From an uncultured delta proteobacterium (lineage in GTDB: Bacteria > Desulfobacterota > Desulfuromonadia > Desulfuromonadales > JACZKF01), in the NCBI GenBank assembly GCA_963816395.1, contig CAWFKQ010000015.1, forward strand, positions 1 through 64,000: a DNA stretch of 64,000 nucleotides, read 5' to 3'. Positions 10,663 to 20,817 of the stretch are shown here, one piece after another. A program made the position numbers and the translations under genes. How positions within the stretch are numbered: position 1 is the first letter of the stretch; every line of letters starts with the position of its first letter. The notes under the pieces are model-generated. The model saw only the letters and a list, made by a program, of their open reading frames with translations, ran no database searches and was not told where the DNA came from.

Positions 10663-12867
10663 AGAAGCCTCCCCAGGATTTCCAGCAGGTTTCCCTGATC
10701 GAAGCGGCTCTTGACGAGGTAGGCGTCCGCCCCGGCGTCAAGACCCCGCGCCCGCTCCTCCGGGCGCTCCAGCCCGGTCACCAGGATGACCGGCAGCCGG
10801 CCATAGTCCTCCCGGATGCGGCGGGTGAGCTGAAAGCCGTCCAGCCGCGGCATCTCCACATCGGAGACGACGACGTCGAAGACGGCCGAGGCGAGCCGCT
10901 GCAGGGCCTCGGCCCCGTCCACCGCGGTCACGACGGCATAGCCGGCGCCCTCCAGGATGTTGCGCAGGAGGGTGCGGGCAGTGATGGAGTCCTCCACCAC
11001 CAGCACCCGGCGCCGTCCCGCCCCGGGCTCCGCCGCCGCCGGTGCCGCTGCCGGAGCGGGCCGGGCGGCGTTCCGCAGGAGTTCGTCGGGGTCGAGGATG
11101 AGGGCGATGCCGCCGTCCCCGAGAAGCGCCGCGCCGCTGTAGTTGGTCACTTTCACCAGCTGCTTGCCGAGTCCCTTGACGAGAAATTCCCGCTCGGCGA
11201 CGACCTCGTCGACGGCAAAGGCGGCTTTCCCCCGCGGCGCGGCGGTCAGCACCAGGGTGAGCGCTTCCTCGCCGCTGCGCAGGCGCAGCGGCAGCCCTAA
11301 CGGCTGCTCCAGCCGGACCACCGGCAGGGTCTCGCCCGCCAGCTCGATCACCTCCCGGTTCTCCATGACCGCGATGTGCTCCCGGGAGGTGCGCAGCACC
11401 CGCTCGACCGCCGTCGCCGGGAAAATGAAGCGGGCCTCGCCAAGGCGGACGAGAATGCCGCGGAAGGCGGCGAGGACGGCGGGGATCTCGAGCTGGAACT
11501 CCGTTCCTTCCCCCGGCCGTGAGCGGACCCGGACCTCTCCCCCCAGCCGTTCGACCTTCTCCCGGACGATGGCCAGGCCGAGCCCGCGCCCGGAGACGGT
11601 GGTGATCTTGCCGGTCGTGGAAATGCCGGAAGCGAAGGAGAGTTCGGCCGCCTGCCAGTCATCGAGCGCCTCGGCCTGTTCGGGGCTGAGCAGCCCCCCG
11701 CGGACCGCCGCTTCTTTCAGCTTGCCGGTATCCAGGCCGCGGCCGTCGTCGCTGAGGGTGAAGAGGACGCGGCCGGGGGCGGGAGTGGTCACGGCCAGGC
11801 GAATGCGGCCGCGTTCCGGTTTGCCCTGCCGCCCCCGCTCCTCCGCCGGTTCCAGCCCATGGTCGATGGTGTTGCGCAGCAGATGGAGGAGCGGGTCGCG
11901 CAGTTCTTCGAGGATGCGCCGGTCGATCGGGACCTCGCCGCCGGTCAACTCCAGATCGGCGCCTTTTCCCGATTCCCGGGACAGGTCCCGCACCACCCGG
12001 GGCAGCTGTTCCAGCAGGTTGGCCACCGGCAGCATGAGCGTTTCCCGCACCGCCGCCAGCAGGGTATCGACCTTCATCTCCAGGGAACGATAATGGCTGG
12101 CGCCGTGCCGCAAAAGCTGCCGCGCTTCATCCTCCAGCACCGCCGCCGCTTGCCGATCCTCGGCGAGCAGCTCGCGCAGGCGGAGCAGGGAGCGCTCCTC
12201 CCGACCTCCCGCCCCGGCCCGGTCCCGCCGCAGCTCCCGCCCGGCGGCGCCGGCGAGAGCCAGGCGGCGGTCGAGCCGTTCCAGGCCGGCCAGCAGATCC
12301 CGCAGGCGATCCAGCTGCAGGCGGGCGGCGACCCTGTCGGTGTGGAGTTCTTCGGCCTGCACCAGCACCTCCGCCAGCCGCCCCGCCCCGACCCGCAGGG
12401 TATCGCCTTCCGGGCCGGCCGGCGGCGCCTCGGCCGAGCGGACGAAAGGGGGCGGCGCCGCCCGTCGGCCCTGCGCCGCCTCTCCCAGCCGGCGCGTCGC
12501 CTCGGCGAGGAGCGTCGCTATTTCCGCCGGCGCTTCCCGCCCGACCTCGCGCACCCGGTCGGTCGCCAGATCGGCGGCCAGGAAGAGGAGATCGAGCAGC
12601 TCCCGCTCCAGTTGCAGACGGTCTTCCTTCAGGCCGGCGAAGACCGTTTCCATTTCCTGGCAGAGGGACTCCAGTTCACCGGCCGCCACCGCCCGGGCGG
12701 CCCCCTTGAGGCTGTGCACCTCCCGAAACGCCTCTTCCACCCGCTCCGGGCGTCGGCTCTTTCTCCAGGCCGCTGAGGAGCCGGCCGATGCGCCGCAGAT
12801 GCTCCTCGGCTTCCAGGCGGAAGGTGGGCAGGAGTTTGGCCAGAAGTTCGGCTTCGTGCTGGTCCAT
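10659..12867 (-). CDS. cheA: CheA hybrid kinase with C-terminal REC (WspE-like), frameshift near 12750
   Basis: Hpt FREVHSLKGAA, NTIDHG, DDGRG, SGRGLGL, CheW and REC domains; N-terminus MDQHEAEL in ORF 12676..12867. Confidence 0.92.
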
Positions 12868-12869
12868 GG

Positions 12870-14509
12870 TCAGATCCGGAAACGGGCGGCGAGTTCCTTC
12901 AGGCGGCTTCCCAGCTCATTGAGCTTCAGTGAGGCTTCTTCCGTCTGCCTGGTCCCCGAGACATGCTGGCCGGTGGCGGTCTTGATGTTCTGCATGGCCA
13001 GGGCGATCTGGTCCATCCCCACCAGCTGCTCCTTGCTGGAGGCGGCGATCTGCAGCGCTGCCGTGGCCGCCTCCTCCACCGTTTCGGCCAGCATCCGGAT
13101 CGCCTCACCCGCCCCGGAGGACTGCCGCATCCCGCCCTCCACCACCCTGGTGCCCCGTTCGGTCGCCATCACCGAAGCGGAGGTCGCTTTCTGAATGTCG
13201 CCGAGGAGAGAGCGCACCTGGGCCGTCGCCTGCTTCGATTGCCCGGCCAGGTGCCGCACTTCCTGGGCCACCACCGCAAACCCCTTGCCGTGCTCCCCGG
13301 CCTTGGCCGCCTCGATGGCCGCATTGACGGCGAGCAGGTTGGACTGCTCGGCCAGGTCGTTGACCGTGGCGATGACCTCGCCGATGGCCTGACCGAGTTC
13401 GCTCAGCCGGACGATGCTGTCGGTGACCGCCTCCATCTGCTCCATAATCTGCCGCATGCCGTCCACCGCCTCCTGCCACGGCGTTCTGCCCGGCCTGGGC
13501 AGCATCCACCGCCCGCTGGGAGATTTCGGCCACATGCTGCGACTTTTCGGTCGCCAGGTTCACCGTCTGCTTGACTTCCTCGACGGTGGCGGTCGTTTCG
13601 TTCACTGCCGTCGCGGTCTGCGCCGCCCCGGTGGCCATTTCCGTGGTGGCGGCGAGGATCTGGCTGCCGGAGGAGGCGAGGACGTTGATTCCGTCCTGGA
13701 TTTCCCGGGTCAGCGTCGCGGAGATTCTGCACCATCAGGGCGAAGGCCTCGCCAAGGGTGCCGAATTCATCCTCCCGGTTTTCCTGGGTGATGGGCAGGG
13801 AGAGATTGCCGGCGGCGATCTCCCGGGCATGGGCGGTGAGGCGGTGCAGGGGGGCGGTGATCATCCGGGACAGCGTCGAGGCGAAATAAATGCAGAGGAT
13901 CACGGCCAGCAGGCCGGCCGCGGAGAAGATCGCCACTGCCCGGTAGGTGTTGTTGCTGGCCTTTTCCACGGCAGCCCTGGCCTGGCCGATGGCGGTATCG
14001 ATCAACCTCGTGGCCTGATCGCCGATCTGCTGATAGCGCTGGTCCTGGACCCCCATGGTGACCGCCAGGGCGTCCTGCATGCGCCCCTGACGCAGGGCCG
14101 GGAAGATCTCGTTCTGCCGCGTTTCGCGAAAAGCAGCGTAGAGCTGCCGGTATTGAAGGTACGTATTGCGCAGTTGCGGGTTGTCGCCGATGGCGGTTTC
14201 CACCTGGTTCAGTTTCTCCAGGATGCCGCTGACGGTCTTCTCGATTTCGGCGATGCCCTGATCGATCCCCCGGCCGGTGAAGGCCATCTCCAGCACCACC
14301 GAGCGCAGCCGATGGAATTCCGAGTCGATCTGCTCCAGGGTCATCACCGTGTTCAGGTCCTCCCGGAAGAGTTTCTCCTGGCGGCCGGCGAGGGAGAGCA
14401 GGAGCCAGGAGGCGACGGCGATGAGAATAAGCTGGAGAGCGGCCAGGAGGGCGAAGATCCGGGTCAGCTTGGTTGGCGTGGGCAGGTCGATGAATCGACG
14501 CATGGGCAT
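12870..14509 (-). CDS. Methyl-accepting chemotaxis protein (WspA-like), two frameshifts
   Basis: TM-4HB sensor-TM-HAMP; QSNLLAVNAAIEAAKAGEHGKGFAVVA signalling tip. Confidence 0.9.
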
Positions 14510-14517
14510 GGCTCCGC

Positions 14518-15126
14518 TCAGGAATGAGGTTTTTCGCTCTGATCCACTCGCAGGCGCGGCGACTGCAGGAGCAGGCTGGCGTCGAGCAGGGAAACGGCTC
14601 CCGGAAGGACCCCCTGCAGGTAATGCCGCGCCGGCTCGGACAGCGTGGCGGGAGGCGGCGCGAGATCGCGGCGCGGAACGTCCCGCACCTCCTCCACCCG
14701 GTCGGCCAGGATGCCGAACTCCCGCTCGCCGTCGGTGAGAATAAGGACCGTACCCGCCCCTTCCCCGGGTGCCTCGGGGAGAGCCAGCACTTGCCGCAGG
14801 TCCACCACCGAAATGATCGTTCCCCGGAGATTGACGAGGCCGGCGATGAAGGCCGGGGCGCCGGGCACCTGGACGATCGCCCGGGGAACCAGCACCTCCT
14901 TTATCCAGGTGGCCTCCAGGGCGAGCCGTTCCGGGCCGAGGCGAAACCGGATCACCTGGAGCAGCTCTCCGGCCCCCTCCGGCGGCAGCTCCCGGGCCAG
15001 CTCCAGCGCCCTCTGGCGCAGCACCGCCGCCGGCGCCTGGCCCGCCCGTTCACTGCTGGCGGCAGCCCGCGCCAGCTTTTCCCTGATCCGCGCCAGGACC
15101 GCCGGCGGATTATCCTCTCGTTCCAT
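14518..15126 (-). CDS. cheW: CheW (WspD-like, with N-terminal extension)
   Basis: VPGAPAFIAGLVNLRGTIISVVDL. Confidence 0.9.
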   Translation of the reverse strand: MEREDNPPAVLARIREKLARAAASSERAGQAPAAVLRQRALELARELPPEGAGELLQVIRFRLGPERLALEATWIKEVLVPRAIVQVPGAPAFIAGLVNLRGTIISVVDLRQVLALPEAPGEGAGTVLILTDGEREFGILADRVEEVRDVPRRDLAPPPATLSEPARHYLQGVLPGAVSLLDASLLLQSPRLRVDQSEKPHS

Positions 15127-16561
15127 CCGGGCCTCCCATGGCCGCCATCACCGCCTCCCGCAGGCTGCCGGCGTGCATCTGCTCGGTGTGCGGGACGAGG
15201 TCGTCATCCGCGTATCTCTCGAGCAGCAGGAGGGCATTGCGAAAGTGGCGGTCCGCCTGTTTTCGCTCACCGGCCCGGCGGGCTGCGTTGCCGAGCGCCA
15301 GATGGGCCGGCACGAAATCCGGGTCCAGATAGAGGGTGGTGCGCAGGGCGTCGAGGGCGGCGGGCATCTGTTCCTTTTCCAGCAGAATCATGGCGCGAAG
15401 GTAATGGGCCTCGGGGTCGAAGCGGCGCCGGGCGATGGCCGCCTCGGCCCAGGAGAGGGCGCCGGCCAGGTTGCCCGCGTTGGCGCAGGCGCGGGCGATC
15501 ACCATGGCGATGGGCGCAAAATCGGCATGGCCGGGCTGCAGTCCGGCCGCGCGCCGGCAGACGGCCTCGTAATCGCCGCGGGAATAAGCCTTGGCGAGCC
15601 AGGCGGGAAGGGACTGCTCCGGTGCCGTCACAGTCGGCCGGGCCGGGGCCGGTCGGGGCGTCGGCCGGGCGGACACGGCGCGCGGCGGGGGAGAGGGAGG
15701 CTTTGCCGCCGGCGCCGCCGCCTGCCGCCGGAACAGGACCAGGTCGGGCAGCCGCACCGGCAGCAGGCCGGGAGTGGAGCCGAGGCCGCTTTCCGCGGTC
15801 CCCAGGACCAGCAGGCCGTCCTCCACCAGGCAGTGCTGCAGCTTCGCCAGGACCTGCTGCCGCATCTCCGGCGAAAAGTACATGAGCACGTTGCGGCAGA
15901 AAATCACGTCCATGGCATTGGTGTTGTTCGCCAGGGAAGGATAGGGGTCCTCGGCCAGGTTGAGGTGGGAGAAGGTAACCATCCTGCGGATTTCCGGCCG
16001 CAGCCGGTAGCGCCCCTCCGGATCGCGGGTGAACCACTCCTGGCGCAGCTCGCCGCCGTCGGTGCGAAAGGACCAGTCCCCGTACACCCCCTGTTCGGCC
16101 TTGCGCAGCGAGGCGGTGTTGAGATCGGTGGCGAGCAGGGTGAGGTTCCAGGCGTCCAGGTCGGGCAGGTTGCGGCGGAGCAGGATGGCCAGGGAATACG
16201 GCTCCTCGCCGGTGGCGCAGGCGGCGCTCCAGAAACGCAGGGTCCTCTCCCGGTCTCGGCGCCTGGCCAGCAGCTCAGGCAGGAAATGCTTTTCCAGGAA
16301 GCGGAAGGCCTGCCCCTCACGAAAAAAATAGGTCTCGGGGACAGTCAGATTGCGCCCCAGCACCTCCACCTGCCGGCGATCCAGCGGTGCGGCCAGCAGC
16401 CGGTCGGCGCAGCTCTCCAGCTCCGGCTCCTGCAGATCGCGGCAGGTCGCCTGTAGACCGCGCGCCAGATCGGGCCAGCGTTCCCGGGGGAAATGCAGGC
16501 CGAGTTGCCGGCGGATCACTTCGGCCAGGCGCTCCAGGGTGTGCTCAGACAGAGTCGTCAC
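15110..16561 (-). CDS. cheR: CheR methyltransferase with C-terminal TPR (WspC-like)
   Basis: ETYFFR, WSAACATGEEPYS, DVIFCRNVLMYF, TPR-like tail; probable GTG start at 16561. Confidence 0.92.
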   Translation of the reverse strand: MTTLSEHTLERLAEVIRRQLGLHFPRERWPDLARGLQATCRDLQEPELESCADRLLAAPLDRRQVEVLGRNLTVPETYFFREGQAFRFLEKHFLPELLARRRDRERTLRFWSAACATGEEPYSLAILLRRNLPDLDAWNLTLLATDLNTASLRKAEQGVYGDWSFRTDGGELRQEWFTRDPEGRYRLRPEIRRMVTFSHLNLAEDPYPSLANNTNAMDVIFCRNVLMYFSPEMRQQVLAKLQHCLVEDGLLVLGTAESGLGSTPGLLPVRLPDLVLFRRQAAAPAAKPPSPPPRAVSARPTPRPAPARPTVTAPEQSLPAWLAKAYSRGDYEAVCRRAAGLQPGHADFAPIAMVIARACANAGNLAGALSWAEAAIARRRFDPEAHYLRAMILLEKEQMPAALDALRTTLYLDPDFVPAHLALGNAARRAGERKQADRHFRNALLLLERYADDDLVPHTEQMHAGSLREAVMAAMGGPDGTRG

Positions 16562-16985
16562 CGGCGGCCTCCGGGGGTTCGGGTCCGAGCCCGGCGAGAA
16601 GACGGCCGGGGTCGCACAGGAGGACGATTTCACTGCCGAAGGCGGTCATCCCTTGGGCGAGGGCGGCTCGGTCGAGTGGCGCCAGTTCCGCCTCGGGCAG
16701 CTGATAAACCCCTTCCGCGGCGTCGATCGGGAGGGCCAGCGGCCGGTCGTTGGCCGTGGCGATGAGCAACTGGTCCGAAGGCAGAAAGGCGCGCGGCGGC
16801 AGGCCGCAACTTCGGCGGAGATCGACCACCGGGAGGATTTCTCCGTGCAGATTCAAAACCCCCGCCAGCCGTCCGGGGGCATCGGGCAGGGGCGTGATTT
16901 CGACCATCCGCAGGACCCGGCGCACCGCGGCCAGCTCAATGGCGAATCGCCGTTGCTCAATGGTGAAGAGGAGAAAGTCCCGCAT
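16545..16985 (-). CDS. cheW: CheW (WspB-like)
   Basis: LPDAPGRLAGVLNLHGEILPVVDL. Confidence 0.88.
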   Translation of the reverse strand: MRDFLLFTIEQRRFAIELAAVRRVLRMVEITPLPDAPGRLAGVLNLHGEILPVVDLRRSCGLPPRAFLPSDQLLIATANDRPLALPIDAAEGVYQLPEAELAPLDRAALAQGMTAFGSEIVLLCDPGRLLAGLGPEPPEAAGDDSV

Positions 16986-17117
16986 GGGCTCAGCCCGGCC
17001 GAGGGTGGTTTCAATGAACCCATGATAGCAGAGATTCAGGGTTTTTCCCCCGGCAGGGTATTCGCCCGGAGGGGGGAGATGAGGCTTTTATCATTGACAG
17101 GGGAACAGGGATGATTA

Positions 17118-17495
17118 TTGTTGGGAGAGGGTGCGGTTGAGGGAGGGAGGTCGCGGGTGGCGGATCGGGAACGGCCGGATAACGACCGGCCCGTGGAGGC
17201 GGTCGAATACGCCCCGGGACTCCGCCGGATCCGGCGGAGGCGCTGGGTTTTGTGGAGCATTATCCTGATCTATGTGCCGGTGATGTGGTTCACCCTGGGC
17301 CTGTCGTCGGCCTTCAGCACGCTGGGTTCGGTCTTCGCCGGCTGGTTCATCCTCCTTTTTGCCGCCGCCATGGTGACGGCCCTGGCCCGCTGCCCGCGCT
17401 GCGGCAACTACTTTCACGTCCACGGCCTCACCTTCCTCTGTCTGCGGCGCTGCCTGCATTGTCAGCTGCACCTCAAGGCCGACCGGCGAGACTGA
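17118..17495 (+). CDS. Small membrane protein with C-terminal zinc ribbon
   Basis: Two TM helices followed by CPRCG...CLHC; start uncertain. Confidence 0.6.
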   Translation: MLGEGAVEGGRSRVADRERPDNDRPVEAVEYAPGLRRIRRRRWVLWSIILIYVPVMWFTLGLSSAFSTLGSVFAGWFILLFAAAMVTALARCPRCGNYFHVHGLTFLCLRRCLHCQLHLKADRRD

Positions 17496-17536
17496 GGGAA
17501 AAAATCCACGTGCCCTTCCTTGATCGACGGCGCATT

Positions 17537-17590
17537 CGTCGGGGCGCATTGCCTGTTCGGCAAAGGGCACGGCGCGCCGTGCCCCTACGG
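17537..17590. repeat. GTAG-type REP-like doublet
   Basis: cgtcggggcgcattgc...agggcacggcgcgccgtgcccctacgg; similar copy at 46823. Confidence 0.7.
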
Positions 17591-17619
17591 GATTTCGGGT
17601 GCCTCCGGGCATTTTTCTG

Positions 17620-20574
17620 CTAAATCTTCTCGATCGTCAGCTTATCCTCCACCAGTTCGTCGTTCGCCTGCCGCAGCTGCTCTTCGCCGCTGACCACCGC
17701 CACGGCGCTGTTCCGCCATCCTTCCAGCAGGTATCTGGCGGCGGCGGCCGTCAAGGCCTCGCGGTCGACGGCCAGGACCCTCTCCCGCAGCTGCTGGCGC
17801 ATCTCCAGGGTCAGCCCCTGCAGCTGATTGGCAAATTCGCGGTTGCCGCGGCCACCCGGTGACAGGGGCCGGTCGAGGCCGCCGAACACGGCCAGAATCG
17901 CCTCCTTGACATCGTCCCGGCTGAAGCTGCCGGCGAGGGCCCAGTCGACCGCCTGCCGGTAGACGCCCAGGGTCCGGGTCAGGTTGGGATCGCGGTAGGA
18001 GAGCAGGGAGAAAAGGCCGGTTTCCGCATCGAAGACGGCCATGCCGCCGTAGGCTCCGCCCTTTTCGCGGATCTCCCGGTGCAGAAAACCGGCCCGCAGC
18101 AGCCTGGCCAGCACCATCAGCGCGGCGGCATCGGGGTGGATGTAGGGGACGGTGCGGAAAACCCGGGCGACATAAGAGACCGGAACGGAGGCGGCCCAGC
18201 CCGTTGCCCCGCCGGCGGCGGCCGCCGGCGGGGCGGCCGCCGCAGTCTTGCCGCCACCGGCCGGCAGCGCTGCGAGAAAGCCCTGCAGCGGCGGCCGGAT
18301 GCCGGTAAAAGCCGGATCTTCGGCGGTCACGGCGTACCGGCCGCCGGCTCGGGTCAGGAGGATCTCTCCCACCTGCCGCAGCTTCTGTGCCAGCAGCCCG
18401 AGCTCTTCCGGCTGCTGCCCGGCAACTTCCCGGACCAGGCGCAGGTAGTGCAGGCCCCCCCATTCCTCCCGCTGCCGCGCGGCCGGAGTCAGACGGCTGG
18501 CGGCGGAGCGGGCGGCGTAGCTGTGGCCGGAGCCGGGGATGGAATTCTCCAGGGAAACCTTGATCTGGTTGAAGACAGTGTACAGGCGGTGGTGATCGGA
18601 AAAGTCGGGGGCGCGGAAGAAGTCCTCGAGGATGCCGAACAGCTGCTCCTGGTTGCGCACCAGCGCTTTTCCCCTGATCTCGATTCCCGCCTGGTAACCG
18701 TCCAGGCTGTGCGGATCGTCGAGGATGGTGAAACCGGCGCGGATGCCGCCGGTGCCGGCGGCGATGCGTTCGGCCATTTCCTCATAGCTGTGGCCGGCCG
18801 CGCCGATCTGGGTGAGGACGGAGCAGAAGAGCGGCACGTAGGGACGCAGCTCGGCCGGCAGGTGGTCGGCGGCGAGATGGGCGGTGAAATAGCCGATGCC
18901 GTTGGTTGGCTGCGGCAGCCAGTAGACCGCGGCCGCCGCCTCGGCAAGCTCGAAGGGGACCGGCTTTTCCGCCGCCGGAATATCGGAGAGCTCGAGGGTG
19001 GGAAGAACCGACAGGTCTTCCGGCGTCTCCTGGGCCAGGCGCAGTTCCTGGGCCTGGTCGACGATCCGCTGCCTTTCCTCTTCGCTCAGGCGCTCGCCTA
19101 GTGCTGCCAGGCGGGCGGCGGTCGCCTGCTCCTCGCGCGCCTTGGTCTCGGGATCGGGGCGCAGGGTCAGGGTCACCCGGTGCGGGTTGTCGAGGAGCTG
19201 CCGGCGGATGAGGTCCTGGAAAAAGGGGCCGGCATCCAGCTCGCGGCGCAGGCGGGCCAGGTTGGCATCGAGCTGCAGGGGGGAGACCGGGTCGCCGCTG
19301 TGCAGCCAGGGGCCGAGAATGCGCATGAGCAGCAGCAGGGAATAGGGATACTGATCGCCGACCACCTCGCGATGACCGAATTCGATCTGGTGGATCGCCG
19401 CCTCGATCCGCTCCCGGGAAAAGCCCTGCCGGGCGCAATCCTCCAGGGTGGCGAGCACCAGTTTCTCGATCGCCTCCACCGATTCCGGATCGGTCCCCTG
19501 CAGGCCGGCGGCGAAGAAGGTCTCCCGGTTGTCGTCATGATAGCCGGTGCCGGGGGCCAGGTTCTGGCCGAGCCGGGAATCGAGCAGCGCCTTGTACAGG
19601 GGGGCCGCCGGGTGGCCGAGGAGCAGGTGCGAGAGGAGGCTGAGGGCCAGGCGCTCGAAGCTGTCGGCCACCGGGCAGGTCAGGAAGCCGACCTGCACCA
19701 TGGTGCGCCGGGCCAGCGGCTCCCCCGGGTCGACGGGAAAGGTCTCCTCGACCCGGCGCGGGGCGTTGAAGCGGACTTCATCGGGAACTTCCGAGGCGAC
19801 TTCCTGCCGGCCGAAGCGGCGCAGGGCCAGCTCTTCAATACGGGCCAGGTGCCCCTCCAGGGGGAAGTTGCCGTAGGTGAAGAACCAGGCATTGGCCGGG
19901 TGATAGAAGGTGGCGTGAAATTCCTTCAGCTGCTCGTGGGTCAGATCGAGAATCGCCGCCGGCTCCCCCCCCGAGTTGAAGCCGTAGGTGGTGGTCGGGT
20001 AGAGGGCGTGCGTCAGCCGCCGGCCGAGCAGGGAGGAGGGGTCGGCCATCGCCCCCTTCATCTCGTTGTAGACGACCCCCTTGTACACCAGCGGAGCTGC
20101 GGGATCGTCCGGGACGGCGAATTCCACCCGGTGCCCTTCCTGGCGGAAATCGCGTTCCCGCAGCAGGGGAAAGAAGACGGCATCGAGATAGATGCCCATG
20201 AGGTTGTCGAAGTCCCTGGCGTTCTGGCTGGCGAAGGGATAAAAGGTCCAGTCGCTGGAGGTCAGGGCATTCATGAACGTATTCAGGCTGCGCTTGATCA
20301 TGGAGAAGAACGGATCGCGCACCGGATAGCGCTGCGAGCCGCAGAGAACGGTATGCTCGAGGATATGGGCCACCCCGGTGGAGTCGCGGGGGGTGGTGCG
20401 GAAGCCGACGGCGAACAGGTTGTTGTCGTCGGCGCTGGCCAGGTGCACCATCCGGGCGCCGGTGGCCTGGTGGCGCAGCTGCACCAGGACGGCGTTGAGT
20501 TCGGGCAGGGGGGTGCGGCCGGTGACGATGAAACCGTGCGCCTCGCGGCCTTCTATCCAATCATTTTCAGTCAT
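17620..20574 (-). CDS. Insulinase-family M16C metallopeptidase (PreP-like)
   Basis: GVAHILEHTVLCGS inverted zincin, FMNALT, REIREKGGAYG; 984 aa. Confidence 0.95.
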   Translation of the reverse strand: MTENDWIEGREAHGFIVTGRTPLPELNAVLVQLRHQATGARMVHLASADDNNLFAVGFRTTPRDSTGVAHILEHTVLCGSQRYPVRDPFFSMIKRSLNTFMNALTSSDWTFYPFASQNARDFDNLMGIYLDAVFFPLLRERDFRQEGHRVEFAVPDDPAAPLVYKGVVYNEMKGAMADPSSLLGRRLTHALYPTTTYGFNSGGEPAAILDLTHEQLKEFHATFYHPANAWFFTYGNFPLEGHLARIEELALRRFGRQEVASEVPDEVRFNAPRRVEETFPVDPGEPLARRTMVQVGFLTCPVADSFERLALSLLSHLLLGHPAAPLYKALLDSRLGQNLAPGTGYHDDNRETFFAAGLQGTDPESVEAIEKLVLATLEDCARQGFSRERIEAAIHQIEFGHREVVGDQYPYSLLLLMRILGPWLHSGDPVSPLQLDANLARLRRELDAGPFFQDLIRRQLLDNPHRVTLTLRPDPETKAREEQATAARLAALGERLSEEERQRIVDQAQELRLAQETPEDLSVLPTLELSDIPAAEKPVPFELAEAAAAVYWLPQPTNGIGYFTAHLAADHLPAELRPYVPLFCSVLTQIGAAGHSYEEMAERIAAGTGGIRAGFTILDDPHSLDGYQAGIEIRGKALVRNQEQLFGILEDFFRAPDFSDHHRLYTVFNQIKVSLENSIPGSGHSYAARSAASRLTPAARQREEWGGLHYLRLVREVAGQQPEELGLLAQKLRQVGEILLTRAGGRYAVTAEDPAFTGIRPPLQGFLAALPAGGGKTAAAAPPAAAAGGATGWAASVPVSYVARVFRTVPYIHPDAAALMVLARLLRAGFLHREIREKGGAYGGMAVFDAETGLFSLLSYRDPNLTRTLGVYRQAVDWALAGSFSRDDVKEAILAVFGGLDRPLSPGGRGNREFANQLQGLTLEMRQQLRERVLAVDREALTAAAARYLLEGWRNSAVAVVSGEEQLRQANDELVEDKLTIEKI

Positions 20575-20644
20575 CCAGTCCTCCGGAAATGTGAGTATTT
20601 ATGACAGTTTAGCTCAGCGCCCCAGGATGTCCAGGGAAAACTGA

Positions 20645-20817
20645 CCCCCCCGCCCTACGGGCACGCCCCCCTGTGAAACAGGGGCCAGGGCAGTCATCCA
20701 CCCTGCGGAGCAGGCCGGGCAAGGCTCGCTTCGCGAGCCAGGGGAGTGGCTCTGGGTGTTCAGACCTCCACGCCGCTGCGGGCACCGCCGCTGTGAAACA
20801 GGGTGGCAGCGAGCCGC
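20645..20817. repeat. Structured intergenic element with two CTGTGAAACAG hairpins
   Basis: cccctgtgaaacagggg near 20668 and gctgtgaaacaggg near 20790; ggctcgcttcgcgagcc hairpin between them. Confidence 0.55.
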
